DNA of 41,217 nucleotides, taken from contig NW_014569482.1 of NCBI RefSeq assembly GCF_000743755.1, forward strand, positions 1 to 41,217. The letters are read 5' to 3'. The stretch comes from Blastocystis sp. subtype 4. Its lineage: Eukaryota. Position 1 is the stretch's first letter. Every line of letters starts with the position of its first letter. The position numbers were made by a program, and so were the translations under genes. Positions 23,710 to 38,162 of the stretch are shown piece by piece. The notes under the pieces were generated by a model that was given only the letters and a program-made list of their open reading frames with translations, searched no databases and was not told where the DNA came from.

Positions 23710-24704
23710 ATGACTGGACGAAGTTTTACAAAACAAGAGAAAAGATTATTCTATATTAATTTAGTTATTGCTGTCATCGGAATCATCCTTTCGTGTATTT
23801 GGAGTTATGGAGTAGTTATTGCACAGTGAACTGACATCTAGGATTATAAGTCGTTGGTTATCTCTTCAACAACTCAAAGCAGGTATGCTTTCAATTCTTC
23901 TCATAATTTATAGTGTTGGACAAACAGCGGTTTGGACATCGCTTTTGGGAATGTTTATCCTTCTTCTTGCTGCTCAATTCTCGAAGTGCTGGAATGTTAT
24001 AGTATTTGGATTGTGTAACGTTTAACTGTAGTACCTCATTATCCAAATATTGATTGTTCTGAATGTGCTCTGTCTGGTGATTCTGTCTGGCGTTATGTCG
24101 TTTATGCTTCCTGAGATGGCTGTCGTTTTTCATTTTTGTCTCTTATGTCTAGAAGGATTTCCAAAAAAGCTTGGATCCCGAGTCCCAGGAGAGTCTGATA
24201 AACGGAGCCAAATCCATTTTGGAGTTCCTTGATAGAAATGCAGACTTCAGAGATATCTACAGTGCAGCAGAAGTGGCTATCGGATTCTGTGGACTCTATT
24301 CCAATGATGACGTTCTTGGAAGGTTGTGTCGTTACTCAAACCCCGATGCTTGTAATGGTGATAACGATGCCTTCATTCCTGTTGTCATTCGCTTCATGGG
24401 GGAGATGATGACCTATCTAACAAGATGCTTGATAGTCTATCTCATCATTGCAATTATTGTCTTCATCTTTATTATTCCAACTCTCAAGTCATCTTCTGAG
24501 TCTCAGGAGAAGAAAATTCAGATGATGCCCTTACCGTCAGATATGAATTCTCAGAGAGCGCCTCTTGTGGTCACAAATGCTCCTGCCCAATCGAATATGT
24601 TCGTTCCCATCCAACAGAATGCGCAATCTCCTTACGTTGTCAAACCTGTTAGCGAAGGTGTTTTTCCTGCAATACCAGTCACTGGACATGTAACAGCTCA
24701 GTAA
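23710..24704 (+). CDS. Hypothetical ~4-TM protein with a Cys-containing loop and Pro/Gln-rich tail
   Basis: Three N-terminal hydrophobic segments, a long loop, then a fourth TM (LIVYLIIAIIVFIFII). TAA 24702-24704 is followed after 4 nt by TGTTTGTT. Confidence 0.65.
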
Positions 24705-24760
24705 TCCTTGTTTGTTGGATACATTATTTGCTGGACTTAGAAGGAGTCTTGTCTCTTCGC

Positions 24761-27700
24761 ATGAATTCGATTAATTGGCTTGGAACTACCAAACTGCGAG
24801 TTCTTTTCGAATAGAGAGCTGATCTGTAGCGAGTCACGCTTCCTTTTGACAGTCCTTTGACAGGGATCACTCTTCTCGATAATGGGTCCTATGCCATTGT
24901 AACTTCCAAGAAAGGATATCATCTTCTCCAACTGCGAGAAGGGTTTGAACATACTCGGATTTTTCATGATCCGAATGTTAATCCTGTCACTGTGAGAGTG
25001 ATTCCCTCAGATGAACAGCTTCTCCTTCTATGTGTGTACTCAATCTTTTGTTCGATCATTGAACTGGATTATTCTAAAAATACTTTCTCTGTTACGATCA
25101 AGAAATCATTCTACAACTTCTCGGACATCATCTGTTGCGGTTCCCTTTCCTTTTAACGGTAACTTCTAGTCGATGTCCAGAAGGATTATTTCATTATTGG
25201 TGAATTAGATGGTCTCGTTCATATTCAGAGCTATTCTGCATCAATACCAATAATAACAATCCGAGTTGATGACATGGAGAGTCAGTGCGGAATCCGATCG
25301 ATTAGCTCTCGTCTGAAGGAGATCAAGAAAGTTGCTTTTGATCACACTTTTGAGGACCACTATTTTGCTATTCTCACACCTGAAATCTGTTGTGTGTATG
25401 ACCTGGACTCTCCAGAAACAATCGTCAACTTTCTCCCAGCTCAGCACTGCTCTACTGCCAAATCCAAGTCCAATTCTCCATCTCGATTTCAATCCTTTGC
25501 CTTTTGCGGCAGTGGTCAGATGCTAATTCTGACAAATAAGGACATCTATAAATGGGACTATCTCTCTTGTCAGCTGCATCGGTCCAAACTGACATCCTTA
25601 TATCACAATTCACAAAGATCCACATATCGTCGTATCGAATATGGTTCTAAAGGGAATTTGATCGGTTTGGATCATTGTTGGATCTAATTTGTAGAGGTTC
25701 TATCCACAGATTCATTGAGTCTATTTCATTTGATTAACTCTGATGGAGATCTGATTCATCAGCGGCCTTCATCAAATGGTACCATTGTATTACTAAATGT
25801 GATTCCGGTGAAGAAGGCCTTTGCTTTCGATTCATCAATTGATTACAGTAAAAAGGAGTACTCTGTCTGTAATCATATTTAAACGTTTTCATTTAGACTT
25901 ACTACGTGAAAAGGCAGGAATTTTGCAATTCACAATTCGTTCCCTGGAATCTTCATCCAAACTGAGAAAGAAACGACAAGTAGGATCCAGTCTCCTTGGA
26001 ATCAAATCCGATCTTATGAGTTCACCTCCATCCAATTATCGTTCAGACATGTTGGTGATTGATCTGGGAACCGATCTGGATGAAGAAGTTAACTTCCTTC
26101 GGACACAAGATGGAATGAAGGATATTTCACTCATCTTTGCTGATGTCGATCAGGGACTTCTAGTGGTCGGATATTCTCTTATCACTTCCACAGTTCAAGT
26201 CACACTCAATTTCAAACGTGCCCCAGAATCTCCCTTTTTCCGCGGAATTCCTGAAAGTGGATCATTCACACAAGTTGCCAGCTTATCTCTTGAGAATTTG
26301 ACGATTGAAGGTATTGCTAATGATTCAAATTTCCTCTAGTGGAAATGATATCAAAAGAACCGCGGTTTGAAGGGCTTCTTGACACAATTCGTCTCCGCTT
26401 ACATCTGTTAGCCACAGAAATGCGAGCGATGGGAATGAATGAAGTTCGTCACATGCCTCTTCGATCAGTGAATCGTGTGAGAAACGTATTGAGTCGTATT
26501 TTGGTCAAAATGACTAGGATGTCTCACATGTAGAAGGTATTTGATGAAATTAAACGTGCTCTTCCTTCGGATTTCAAAGAGATTGAGAATACTGTCGTAA
26601 CAGAAAGGATTCGCAATGTGGTTACAAATGATGAGTTGGTTGAAGTCCCTTCTCTCTTCTTCTGTCTAATCAAGTATTGTTAGATAAGGAATTGAGTGAT
26701 TGATAGCAATGGAGCCACGATTTCTGTTACCAATTCTCCTCTTCTCAATGGGATCAATCTGGCTTCCAAAACTCCTTCTTCTTATCAGGAGTTTAAAAAG
26801 GTGGGATCACAATGATTGAGTAATTCATAGATCATTGCAAATGGAGACGGAACTCGTCATGATTCTGACTCTGATGAATTGTTTGATCTTCTGGATGATT
26901 CCTCGGAGACAGTCATAACCGCGGGAGATCTTCATGATTTACCGTCCTTTCCCTCATTCACTCATATTCTGGTTGACTTCACTGTTGCTAATTTCGTTGG
27001 CGAATTGGTTCAAGGTATACATTTGCCTTGTCATTCATCACTTTGCGAATTGAATGAAATTACTCAATTCAATCTCACATTCATTCGAACTCATAAAACT
27101 CAATATTGGAATTCCCATGTTCGTGGGTATATTCTTCCATTCACCATCCTCCATTCCATTTTTTCATCTCCCACCCAAAAGCAGTCATTTGGAGCTCTTT
27201 CTCTAAAGAAGCACCTTCTTACCCGTCTCTGGGAAATGACGCTCGAACAAGGAGATCTTTTCCTTCTTGCTCTTGTCGTTCTGTTTTGTCGAGCCTTCGT
27301 AATGGCTGATCAGAGTGATTTCGGACGATTTCTGGAAGGACAGAATTCTGTGGATTGGGATCTCGTTGTGATCATGATGGGCAATATGCTGGATCGAATG
27401 GATTTATTCAACAAGAAAATGGAATTCCTGAAATTCGTCAAACAGTCGAAAATGACAATTCTTCGGAGTCCTGTTAGTAGGTGTTTATATGTGATGTTAG
27501 TGTAGTGGAAACTCCCACAGTACTGGATGAGACACGTGAGACTGTCCGAAATAGCCGAAATAAAGGAAATGGGGATTCGGACAAAAGGAATGGGGCTCGA
27601 CCAAGTGCGGAAAGTAGTCAGATTTCTTCACCTTGGGATAATGAAGAGTCTCCTTCTGTTACACAGTGCAGTGTATGTCACTTACCGATCCAAGGTCTCT

Positions 27701-27834
27701 TTATTACGTGTCTGAGTTGTCGGCATGTTTTTCATCTGAACCACTTCTTGAAATGGTTTGAAGAGAACGAAGAGTGTCCGATTCTGGACTGTAGATGTTG
27801 TTGTAACCATTGCATGTCTGACAATGATTTGTAA
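24761..27834 (+). CDS. WDR59: GATOR2/SEACAT subunit, WDR59/Sea3-like (divergent WD40, RWD-like, C-terminal RING)
   Basis: C-terminal CSVCHLPIQGLFITCLSCRHVFHLNHFLKWFEENEECPILDCRCCC matches the GATOR2 RING pattern. Beta-rich N-terminus and an RWD-like middle. WDR24 is not excluded. Confidence 0.7.
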
Positions 27835-27883
27835 TATTTATTGTTTATTGTAAAACTGAATATCGAAAGAAGATAGAATCATT

Positions 27884-30800
27884 ATGGAAGTGGAAGAAAA
27901 CTCAGTTCTTTATTCTGGTGATGTACATAATCCATCCTCTCCAGTTTACTGTGCTTCTCATCGATGACTCTGTAGATTCCTGATGATGCTCTTCTTATTG
28001 ATGAATCGGATGTAGAAAACGATTTACATTTGAATATCCTGGATGTTATTGGTAAATATGAGCGGGTTCAGTATTGCCCACCTTACGACATTTCGGCTCT
28101 GTTGTCTATTCCATTCACTGAAAATTATCGTATTATTTGTGGCAATGCCAATGATGATTTCCGAGTCGTACCTCTTCCTCAACTTGACTGGGTAGTCGAA
28201 CCACTGCATCCTGTCTCTGAAGAATATTTGGAAATGGCATATCAACAAATCTCATCCTTTCAGGAAGAAACGGAGACTTCGTGGTTTCCATCTTGGGTCT
28301 CCAGAAGTTCAGGTGAACAATTGACATTCTCCTTGTTTACAGCCTGTTGGCAACAGTATCTGTCAACTCTTTCTCCTGGGAAGGGATTCGATATGAAAGA
28401 TACATGGATTGAGCTTCCTGAAAGCGATGAAACAAAAGAACTGTTCGAACGTCTCTTGTCTTCCATTCCTTCTCTCAATGTTTCTGATACTCTTCAAAAT
28501 GAATCTGTAATTCAATCTCTTCTTGTTCTATTCGATGTATATGAAATGACGGAGAATCATGAGAGTCGAGTTTTGTTGTTACTCTCTCCTCATCTCTAGG
28601 CGATGAAACAGCATTGGAGCACGATCTATCTTCCATCCTGTTTATTTTCTCATATTTTAGAATGTTCGCAGACATCGCTGTCTCCGTTCATTGCACAACA
28701 ATTTGCAACTATTCTTATTCAATCGATTGCTTATCATTTATCCATCAATACGTTTCACAAACCTCTCATCTTAAATGCGATCACATCTTCTCTTACTCTC
28801 TTTCTACATGCATGTGATCACATTAAGTTGTTTTCTTCTTTCTAATTTATACTAGAATTGCATGTGGTGTTCTTCTTCAAGTCATCTTCACCAATCCTCT
28901 ATGTCCTTCACTTCTTTCCGTTTCATTCATTCTATTCTTCATTTTACGGTGCTATCGTCGAATCTATCCCGATAACACGAATCTGCAAGTATTCACGGTT
29001 ATTCTGTGATATTCCAATAATCCCTAGAATATCCAACCAATTCTCATACGATGGATGAAGGAGGTGGAAAAGGAGCACTGTCTCACCAATCCCTTCTTTT
29101 GGAATCTGTGGTTGGATATATTACGAATGGGTCGTTTTGGAGCTACTGCTGATGATTGGAGTGAGTTTATGAAGTGTTTTGAGAGTGATGATATGACGAA
29201 GAAGCTTCCTTCAATCTCATCACATGATAACGCATTAGAAGAATGGAATGGTTACTTTCTCTCTGGTTCATTTCCAATCTCATTATCACTACAACAGACA
29301 TTACTCTCAGATCAGATACTATGTCCGACTTCAACATTAGAACGATGTTTCTATTCAATACTCACATGTCTAAAGGAGAGTGAAGGAGTAGTTTATAAGA
29401 AGACTGCCATGAATCTGATGTTTGCTGTATCTCCTCTGAAAGAATCAACTCTTACCCTTATTATCCTTCTTGCATTGATATATGAGAATGGGCGTGACAT
29501 TACTCGAATTAGTCTTAATAAATCTATCCTTAAAGATATTCACAAACGTCAACCTGAACCCACTCTTTCGTTTCTTCTCTTTGTCTATTCAGCTTCTCTG
29601 AGTAAGCATCTCTGTGAAGGTCTCTTCTCTTTCTGTGTCTTATCATTAGATCAATTCAAATTTCTCACAGCATATTACAATGATTGTCTCACATCCAATC
29701 TCTTCCTCTCTTTGTTGCCCCTCCTTCATAACCTCTGTCTCTTTCATCAGTCTTCATCATTTTTTCCTATCATTCTCAACTCCATTCTTCCTCCTCTCTC
29801 AACCAGATTCATTCCTTCATCTTCTTCCTTTGTATGTCTCTCTCGTCTCCTTTCTCTTCTTCTCTCCACAGCCTATTCGTTTCCACATCGTTTACGTTGT
29901 CTCCAAGACTCTTTCCATCAATTCTTTTTGAACACTCTGAATTACTTATCTTCGTCTCTTCCTCCTTCCTCAACTCTAAATGAACAGCTGATTACGATTC
30001 TCAGTTCTTCTCTCTTCCTTCAACTCATTGCTGATCAAGACATTCCTCAGGCTGGTGGTCTGAAGGATGATTCTTCGCAGATTATGGATATTCTGCTACC
30101 TTGCAGTTCTCATGAACTCGTATTGCTAGGAGAGCGAAGTGTTTCTGTTCTAACTGAATTCCTCAGTTATGTAGCTTCGTTCAATTCCCGCGGGATCATA
30201 GTTCTCTTTCTTCCTTCTCTTCAATTTTTCTTCCTTCTCTTCAAACTCGTCCTCTTCCATCCATCATGTCAATCACTCTTCACTCAATACTCACATTCCA
30301 TCACACTTCCTCTCACAGATGAAATCACTTCGTATCTTCCATCTCTTCCTCAGCCTCTCACTCTCCCTTCTCTCTCCCTCATGCTTACTCAACTTCCTTT
30401 GTCTCTTCAGGGTCAATTCAAGAATCTCCTCCTTCAGTCGCATTCTCTCCCTTCTGTCTGGGCTGAGGGAATCACACAGATACGTCTCACCCCATTGCAA
30501 CGGATTCAGTTCCTTCTGGATGTAATTGCTTTGATTATACGAAATCCAGGCGTTTTTCTGGATGTCCGAATTCTTCGAGAATTAGTTGATGCGTTGATGC
30601 CAGCTCTGTTGGTACAGAAATCAGGCCTTTTTCAGGATATTGAAGTATTCCATATTATAGGGATGTCACAAATAGGCTCTCTTTTTCATTCCATTGATTG
30701 ACAGAAATCCTTCCTTTTTTGATCATTCGTTTCGAACGATTCTTATCAATTCCCGAAAAGCCTATTACTATTATCTCCTACAAGAAGATCAAATTCCCGT

Positions 30801-31429
30801 GATTCTATTTGTTCTTAGCGCCTCTTCATCATCCACTCGTTTTGATCTCCATCTGTTGGAACTGTTAGCATCGTTTTCAAATCCTTCTCGTATCATATCC
30901 CTGTTTCATGCGTACATTTTCGGAGAAGGTAGTACTGGAGAATTAAGGAGTCAGTGCGAGAAGAATTTGGGTTGGCTGAAGAGAGAAGAAGGGTTGGCTG
31001 AGGGTGAGACGGAGTTGATTCGAGATGTGTTGTGTTGCACTGTGTTGAGTATGGGAATCACACGGATACGATTGGAGAAGGAGATGAAGGAGAAGGCAGT
31101 GGAAGTATTTGGATTGATTGAAGGATTGATGGATGTATCACTGTTAGATGAGGAAGCAGTATATGAAAAGACTCTAGAAGATCGTATATGTGAGGTATGT
31201 GAGTATGTGTTGAATGATACACCTCTGTCTGAACAAGACAGACAGCAATATGATACACTTCTGAATGACTTTTTTCAGCGCCATTCATTAAATATTGGGA
31301 ATCGGGGTGTGATTCAGTTTAATGGAATCACATGCAGTTTGACTTTAAATGATTTGCCTTCATCTCTCTATTCTCTTGTAAATGATTTCGTTTCTAAACG
31401 ATATACTCTTTCATTTTCCTCTTTTCCTT
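27884..31429 (+). CDS. Large hypothetical Leu/Ser-rich, probably helical, protein; stop predicted to be completed by poly(A)
   Basis: Long same-strand ORFs (28030, 29055, 30694) can be joined by ~30-nt GT-AG introns. In-frame T at 31429 lies 4 nt before TGTTTGTA. No family recognised. Confidence 0.7.
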
Positions 31430-31433
31430 CTCT

Positions 31434-31448
31434 TGTTTGTAACAAACA
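31434..31448. terminator. Bidirectional 3'-end element TGTTTGT-A-ACAAACA
   Basis: Inverted repeat around a shared central base. On both strands an in-frame T lies exactly 4 nt upstream (31429 on +, 31453 on -). Confidence 0.85.
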
Positions 31449-31450
31449 CG

Positions 31451-34400
31451 TTATTCTATATCCACATAGCACAGCAAATCACTAGCACTTCTATTTACAC
31501 GAAGTATCTTCTCTACATACTCCTTTACACTCCCATCCCAACCACAGAATTCAATCAACTTTCTAGCTTCACTAAGTCTCCTCGAAGTGATGTGAAATTC
31601 AATCCAACGATGAATCCACTCTTTTTCCTTGTCTTGAAGGCAATAATCAATGATAGCTTCATAGTAATCAGAGTAAAACAGCCATTCCTGTTGTCCTTCT
31701 GTCATCTCCACTTTGATTGCACTCCCAAAAACAGTCCAGAATTTGGTTGAAACATGACCATTTCGTGTGATTGCTTCCAGTACCACTCGACTCCCTCCTT
31801 TCTGAATGAGAATTTCGATTCCCTCTTGACATACAGATTCAGACTGATCTAACAGGAGATCACAGAGACACTGTATAGATTCTGTTGTGAGATTCCTAGG
31901 AGAATGAAGCACTAGTTGGATCCACGATGGAATCTGTTCCTGTAACTCCTGTCGATACTTCTGCATAATTAGCAAACCTAGCTTCTGCGTTGATTCTTCT
32001 CTCAACAAGCGAGGTATCAATTCAGTAACATAGCTATTCAATACACCATGCTCTAACACACATTGAGCTCCCAACTCATCATACTGAATAACTTGACACT
32101 GATCTATGAAAGATTCCCACACAACGGAATCATTAACACTCAATTTCTTCATGATATCAGTGCACCATTTCAATACATCTCGATTAGAACCATGATTATG
32201 CAAGATATTTAATAAGAAGGAGGGATTCCGCACTTCCATCAGTACATCGTTTCCTACAGGGATTCCATACATCTGGCAACCATGTCGAATACGCATTGTC
32301 AGAGCGAGTTGCTGAATAGAAGATAGATTCAAGAAAGAGGCTTCTTTTGATGTACATTGCTGGATAAGTCTCTGATAGACAGATGAAGGAAAATGAGAAA
32401 TGACAATGGCAATTGCATCTAAAAGACGTGATCTTTGGAGAAATGAATATGATGCAGATGTGGTAGATTGTATGAATTGAGATACAATATGTTTAAACAG
32501 ATTCAAACCAATATCAATTAATCCTTCTAATAGATACACTAGACTCCATACCACAGACTCTTCATTCTCTTCCTTCCTTTGCAGAAGTTTCTCTCGTACT
32601 CTCTCAATGAGAGACAGATACGGAATTGAACCTGCCTTACTCAGTAGATAAAATACTGAATGTGTGAACAAACTGCCTGATGACTCAGGAGCAAATAGAA
32701 ATGTCACTTCTTCACTGCTCCCCATTACTGCTTCCCATTCACGAATTGCTCTATCCACACAGTCATCACCCATTCTTCCATCTGATAGTGTCTCGGTTAA
32801 CTCGTAGCTTTGTTGTCGACAGTTACGAAGAACCGTAGAAGAAGCTCCACGCTTCTGTTGATGGCTAGCTTGTGACTCCTCCGTGGTTGGATAAAGCAAC
32901 GAGAACAGATGAGAACGATTTCTTACAAGCACCTTATAATGGCTCTGAAGAACTAATCCTGCTTCTATCATGCAATCACAGTACAACGTCTCCAGATACG
33001 TTGACAGGTCTGTGAAGTGATTCTGAGAATCTGTTGCTGGATCTGAAGGTAGAATCCCTGTAGGAATGGAATCCTGTCCAAGTCGCAGTCGATTGAATTG
33101 ATAGACGGTTATAGTTGAGAAGAGCTGAATTCGACAGGAACGAGCTAAGGCACTTCGTGTATCCACTTCCCAATCCTCTGTAATACTGTCTTCATTTGTC
33201 ACATCCTTGTGATATGCTGTGTTCACTGCTTCCAAAGAGAGATCAGAAGCCTTCTGAGCAGCAGCAATTGCATCCATACATCGTGCACAAGGAATCGTCT
33301 CACAATAACACATAGGAGGATGCTGGTACAATCTCGAGAATTCTAAACACAATGGAATGATCTCACAGGGATGGTGAATAGTGACAGAACCTTCAATCAT
33401 GTTTTGAATGACACTCCAGTTCACGATACAATGATCCTGAATCAACTGTTTCATAATAAAGATAATTACTGTCTCCATATTCAAATGTAGATATGAGAAC
33501 AGTAATAAATATGCTTGATAATTGTGAAGTGTGATAAATTTGGGTAATTCAGTCCATGGATCAGATAAGAGTGAATGTAGACTAATTGAATGAATGTGAT
33601 TAGTCTGAATGAGGGTGATAATATTAAGGATACGTTCAGCCTCACTCTGTTCATTCTCATCTCCGTATTGAAGAAGTTTCGAGTAGAGATATGTGAGTAA
33701 ATCATAATTTAAACCATCCGTAAGAGGAATAGATTGTAGAAGAGCTGTATGGAGATCAGATGAAGTAAGTCTCTGTGATAGACACTCAAATGGATCTGAA
33801 ACAGAATGCGTAAGAACAAGAGAAGCAGCCGTTGAAGGGGGGATTGATACAAACTGGCATAACTCAATGAAAGACGGAATATCATTGTGTGTAATCAGAA
33901 TATTCACATTCTCTTCAACTACAGTTCTCGACAACACAGTATCACCTATCAAATCTTGAAGCTGACATCTCCATATCTCCTTCTTCCTTCTATCAATGTA
34001 CATTGTTATGAGATACTCATCTCTTTTCATTTTTCCAAAAATCACACCGATTTCAGTGATTCGGAGAGCTGCCTTAGGTTGTTCCTGATTCATTATCCAT
34101 TCCATCTGTATCGCTTCCTTCGCCTGTTCTATTGGTAGGGAATTCAAGGCAATCATAACAGCACTCATATCTGGATAAGCACTCTGAAGAAGTCTCTGAA
34201 CCACTCGTCGAATTAGATATACCACAGGATGAACAGTCTTCTGATGAAGTTGACAACGTGATAACCGTGGTTGTGACTTGAGAAGAGTTTGAATAAGAGG
34301 AATCATAGTTAATTCAACTTGTTGACGGTCAAAACTTTCTAATGCACCAGCAAAAGCCTCTGGATTGATGTGTTCACCATCACTAAAAGTCATTCACCAA

Positions 34401-37400
34401 GATTCTTTGTTTACAAGGAATGCTGAAGAAAGGAAGAAAAGAAGAAGACAAAGGTATCTCGATCCATTGATAGACCCAACTCCACATATAGCTCACTTGA
34501 GGGATGCTGATGAGAGGGTTGAACAGGTTTGGTTAGAGCAAGAAGACGAAGTAATGATGTTGTGTTCTCCCACTCTTGGAGAATTGTTCTGCCTTTCAAT
34601 TGTAATAAGACAGGTACACTCACACAGACTTCACAGAGAACTTGCTTTAGGATAAGAAGGGCTTCCAGATGGAGAGAAGGATCCGAAAGAGAATGAATAC
34701 AAGACAACATAGCTGAATCCAAATCATCCAGCAAGAGTTGAAAGGTACAGTCTAAGAGACGTTTGGTTTCAGAGTCACTTGTATCTTGTATTGAGATTCT
34801 ACGGAAATTACGGCATAATGTCGCAAGTTCGGTAAGATGTCGCAATGTATCGGGAGTAGGGGAATGAGCTGCCATCACTTCAGCATCACAATAATGGAAC
34901 ATGGCTACAACCATGTTGAAATGAAGAAGAGTGGTAAGAGTGAGATATGAAGAGAATGAACTGATGTGTAGATTGTGTGTGTTCAGATCATTCTAAATTG
35001 AAAACCATTTTTTGATTGTACCTCAAACCCATCTTCTTGAAGACAAGCTCGTAGAAGAGCATCCGAAGCTGTGAGAGGCGAATGAAGGAATGCCGACTGA
35101 AGACGAAAGTGAAATGTCTCATATACTGAGCGAAGAAGAGATACTCCTTCAGAAGACTGAGAATGAGATTGGAGAAGGAATTCAAGAATATGGAGCCGTT
35201 TCATCCATTCCTGTTCAGTGATTCCATGTTCATCAATCAAGATAATAAGATACTGAATAACTGATTGAATTGATTCTGAATCTTCACACAAACCACAGAC
35301 TGTTTCAATGTCAGAAATCTCCACATCTGTCTCACACATAACACATATTAGATTCACAAGACAGTCATTCCAATGAACTTGATCATACACTGTTGATAAA
35401 AGATGAAGATCTCGAAGTGTCTGTTGGTCCTATGAATGAGTCACATCACCTAGTCAAACCCAGCGATGAATCAGAATCTCACACATACTAAAGGCAGCAG
35501 TTTCACCACCACACAATAATGAATCCATTCCTCTTTCATGAAGACGATTACGTAGGGCTAACATACTCACTTGTTCCACAGCAAACTTGTGATTCTCAAC
35601 TGTCACATCTCTCTACAATTCATCTTTCGTTCACTTCCTCACTCGTTCTGCACATTCCTGGACTAATTCAAGTAACGTCTCTTCATACGGAGGAGAACGT
35701 AGAGTCAGTCCTTTCAGTGCTTCTACTCGCAAATCAGCTTCCTGAATTTCATTCCAGAACACACGAACACGTCTTAAATCCAGTTCTTTCACATTTTCCA
35801 ATTCTTGTTGAACATAGTAACTGAATACTTCGTCTGTATTCATATTATGGCATGCACAGAATGGCTTCACTTGATGTTCAAGCTCCAATTGTAATAACTC
35901 GACATTTTGGAGAGAATCAAGCATACGAACTACCAATTCCTCATTCGATGGAAGCTCTGCAGACGGTGAAGGAATGATAGAAAGATGATAAGTCAGAATT
36001 AGTTCTAAGAGATCTCTCAAATACAGTTCATATTGAATGGCTTGCATTAGGAATGGCATCCCCATATCATCCTTCATAAGAGGAAATGAAGATATCACAG
36101 AAGCCACTTGATGAAGGTTATGAAGGAGAACAGCCAAAATATGAACTTCTTTTGTTGTTTCATCTTGAAGATGTTGTAACTCCTTATGAATGAACTCACA
36201 ACCCCATTCTATGAATCGTCTTTGGTCTTCCTTCTCTACACTTTTCAATAGTTCATTCTCCATCCACTGGAGAAGAGAAGATTGAATAGAGAGAGACTGA
36301 GCTTCACGTTCTGTTAAATAGCGAGCCAAATCTTTCATTATAGACTTTCGCATATCTCTTGCTTGAGCTGAGGCATCATTCTGATACAACCGCCACATCT
36401 CCTGAACAGCTGAAACCAACCCTCGCTTAAGTAAGTGACTCTGAAGTTCCGTAAGTGGAAGCTGCTGCCACACCTGCCAGGCTCGCACGCTTCCTTCTGA
36501 CTCTAGTCTCATAACATGTCGGAAGAGGATCCATCGTTTCTGATACTCCACTAATTGAATCTGAGTCTCTTCATTCTTACAATGACTTGCAGCATACTGG
36601 AGGATTTGTTCACATGTTGCTGCTGATGGCAGGTACTCTGATGCTAACACATAGAAAATGAGAGATGGTGAAGCAATGTCGAGAACCGTGGTTATCTCGT
36701 CACAATTCACAGGAGGAGCAGTGAGCCAATTCGTATGGGGTAGATTCTTCCACTGCTTAAGAAGTTGTTGTAACTGCCGTCTGTATACAGGAGACGTGTC
36801 CAAGTGGTGTTGTTGTGCAAAAGAAAGTGCATCATCAAGATGATGTTCCTGAAGCAGTCTCAGAAAGTGTTGATGACATGTTGAGGCTGTAAGAAGAAAG
36901 AGACGAAGAGTAAAACTGGATGAATTGGGCTGAACACAGATCATTACAGGCATGACTCCACTTGACACCATATGAAGATTAGGACAGTTCCATTCTTCTG
37001 CAATAATTGTGGGTGTTCCAAACATGAGATACGAAGAGTACAAGCGATGATGGCTTTCATCATCCTGAATGAAGAGAAGAAGAGGATGAAGAGAATAAAC
37101 AGAATGAAAGATTGCTGCAAACCGAAGATGTGATCCAACAAGTTGAGAAATTGGAAGTAGGGAATCTGCCCGTAATGCATAAAAATCTCCTTCCAATGTC
37201 AGAATAGTAATACACATTCCATAACACTGAATCCATTTGATACCAGAAGAATGGAAGAAGCGAGATGGAATACTTTGATGAATCACCTTTTTATCAGGCA
37301 ACAAATCAAGACGAAGAAGAGCATTAGACCCTGTTCCTCCAAGAAGAATACGAGGAGATTCTTCCTATTCATGAGTACATTGAAGGATGTATACAATGCA

Positions 37401-38076
37401 GAGAGACGTTATTGATGTGAAATAGATACGGAAATCATATACAGAAATCTGAATATTATCGCGAAGAGACAACAGCGAAGTAGTATCAGTACAGAGAATG
37501 GATGCCATCTGCATTAGTTCCAGATTGGAAATTAGGATGAGTTGGCATGACTTTGTCACTATTAAAAGACTATTGCTTGACAACCATTGCATGGTCTCAA
37601 AACAAGAGTTTGATTCACTCTTAAAAATGGTCTGAGAGAATAAAAGACCACTACTTAGCGAATAAACATGAAGTCGACCTGTTGTGCAACCAACAATTAG
37701 AAACGATCCATTCTCATCATAACAACCGCACTTAGCATAAGGTGTAGCTGCAAAATATTCTTACATCAATTGATTCTGGAACATCGATCAAATGGTGATT
37801 CTGCAGCCCATTGGAAGAAATCTCACAATGTAAAATAGATTTACGGAAAATGACACCAACATAACGATCTTTCCATCCAATAACAGCTACAACTACGAAC
37901 CATGAAGCATAACTACATCATATACAATCTGATTCGATCGAGAATGTTGATTTTAAGATTTCTGTCTTTTCAAATCTAGGGTTAGCTCTCTCTCAAGAGA
38001 CATACAGTTGTCTTTGCTCCAAATTCTTTGGATTGTTACTGGTACTGACTGTAGATTGCGATTCATCTTCTTCCAT
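31451..38076 (-). CDS. KNTC1: ROD/KNTC1-like kinetochore protein (beta-propeller plus Sec39-like solenoid), about 2100 aa
   Basis: HFLRLLQEHHLDDALSFAQQHHLDTSPVYR resembles the motif shared by ROD and NBAS. LEHQVKPFCACHNMNTDEVFSYYV and LLSDPWTELPKFI resemble ROD segments. NBAS is not excluded. Confidence 0.6.
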
Positions 38077-38162
38077 TTCCAGTAACAATAGAATAGAGGA
38101 GAATAATTCAAATGAGATTGAAAATAACCCTTTTAGGTAGCTATATCATATCACCTATAGAA

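Noticed and set aside
29400..30500. Long pyrimidine-rich tract
   Set aside because: It lies in an open frame encoding Leu/Ser/Phe-rich protein and has no repeat unit.
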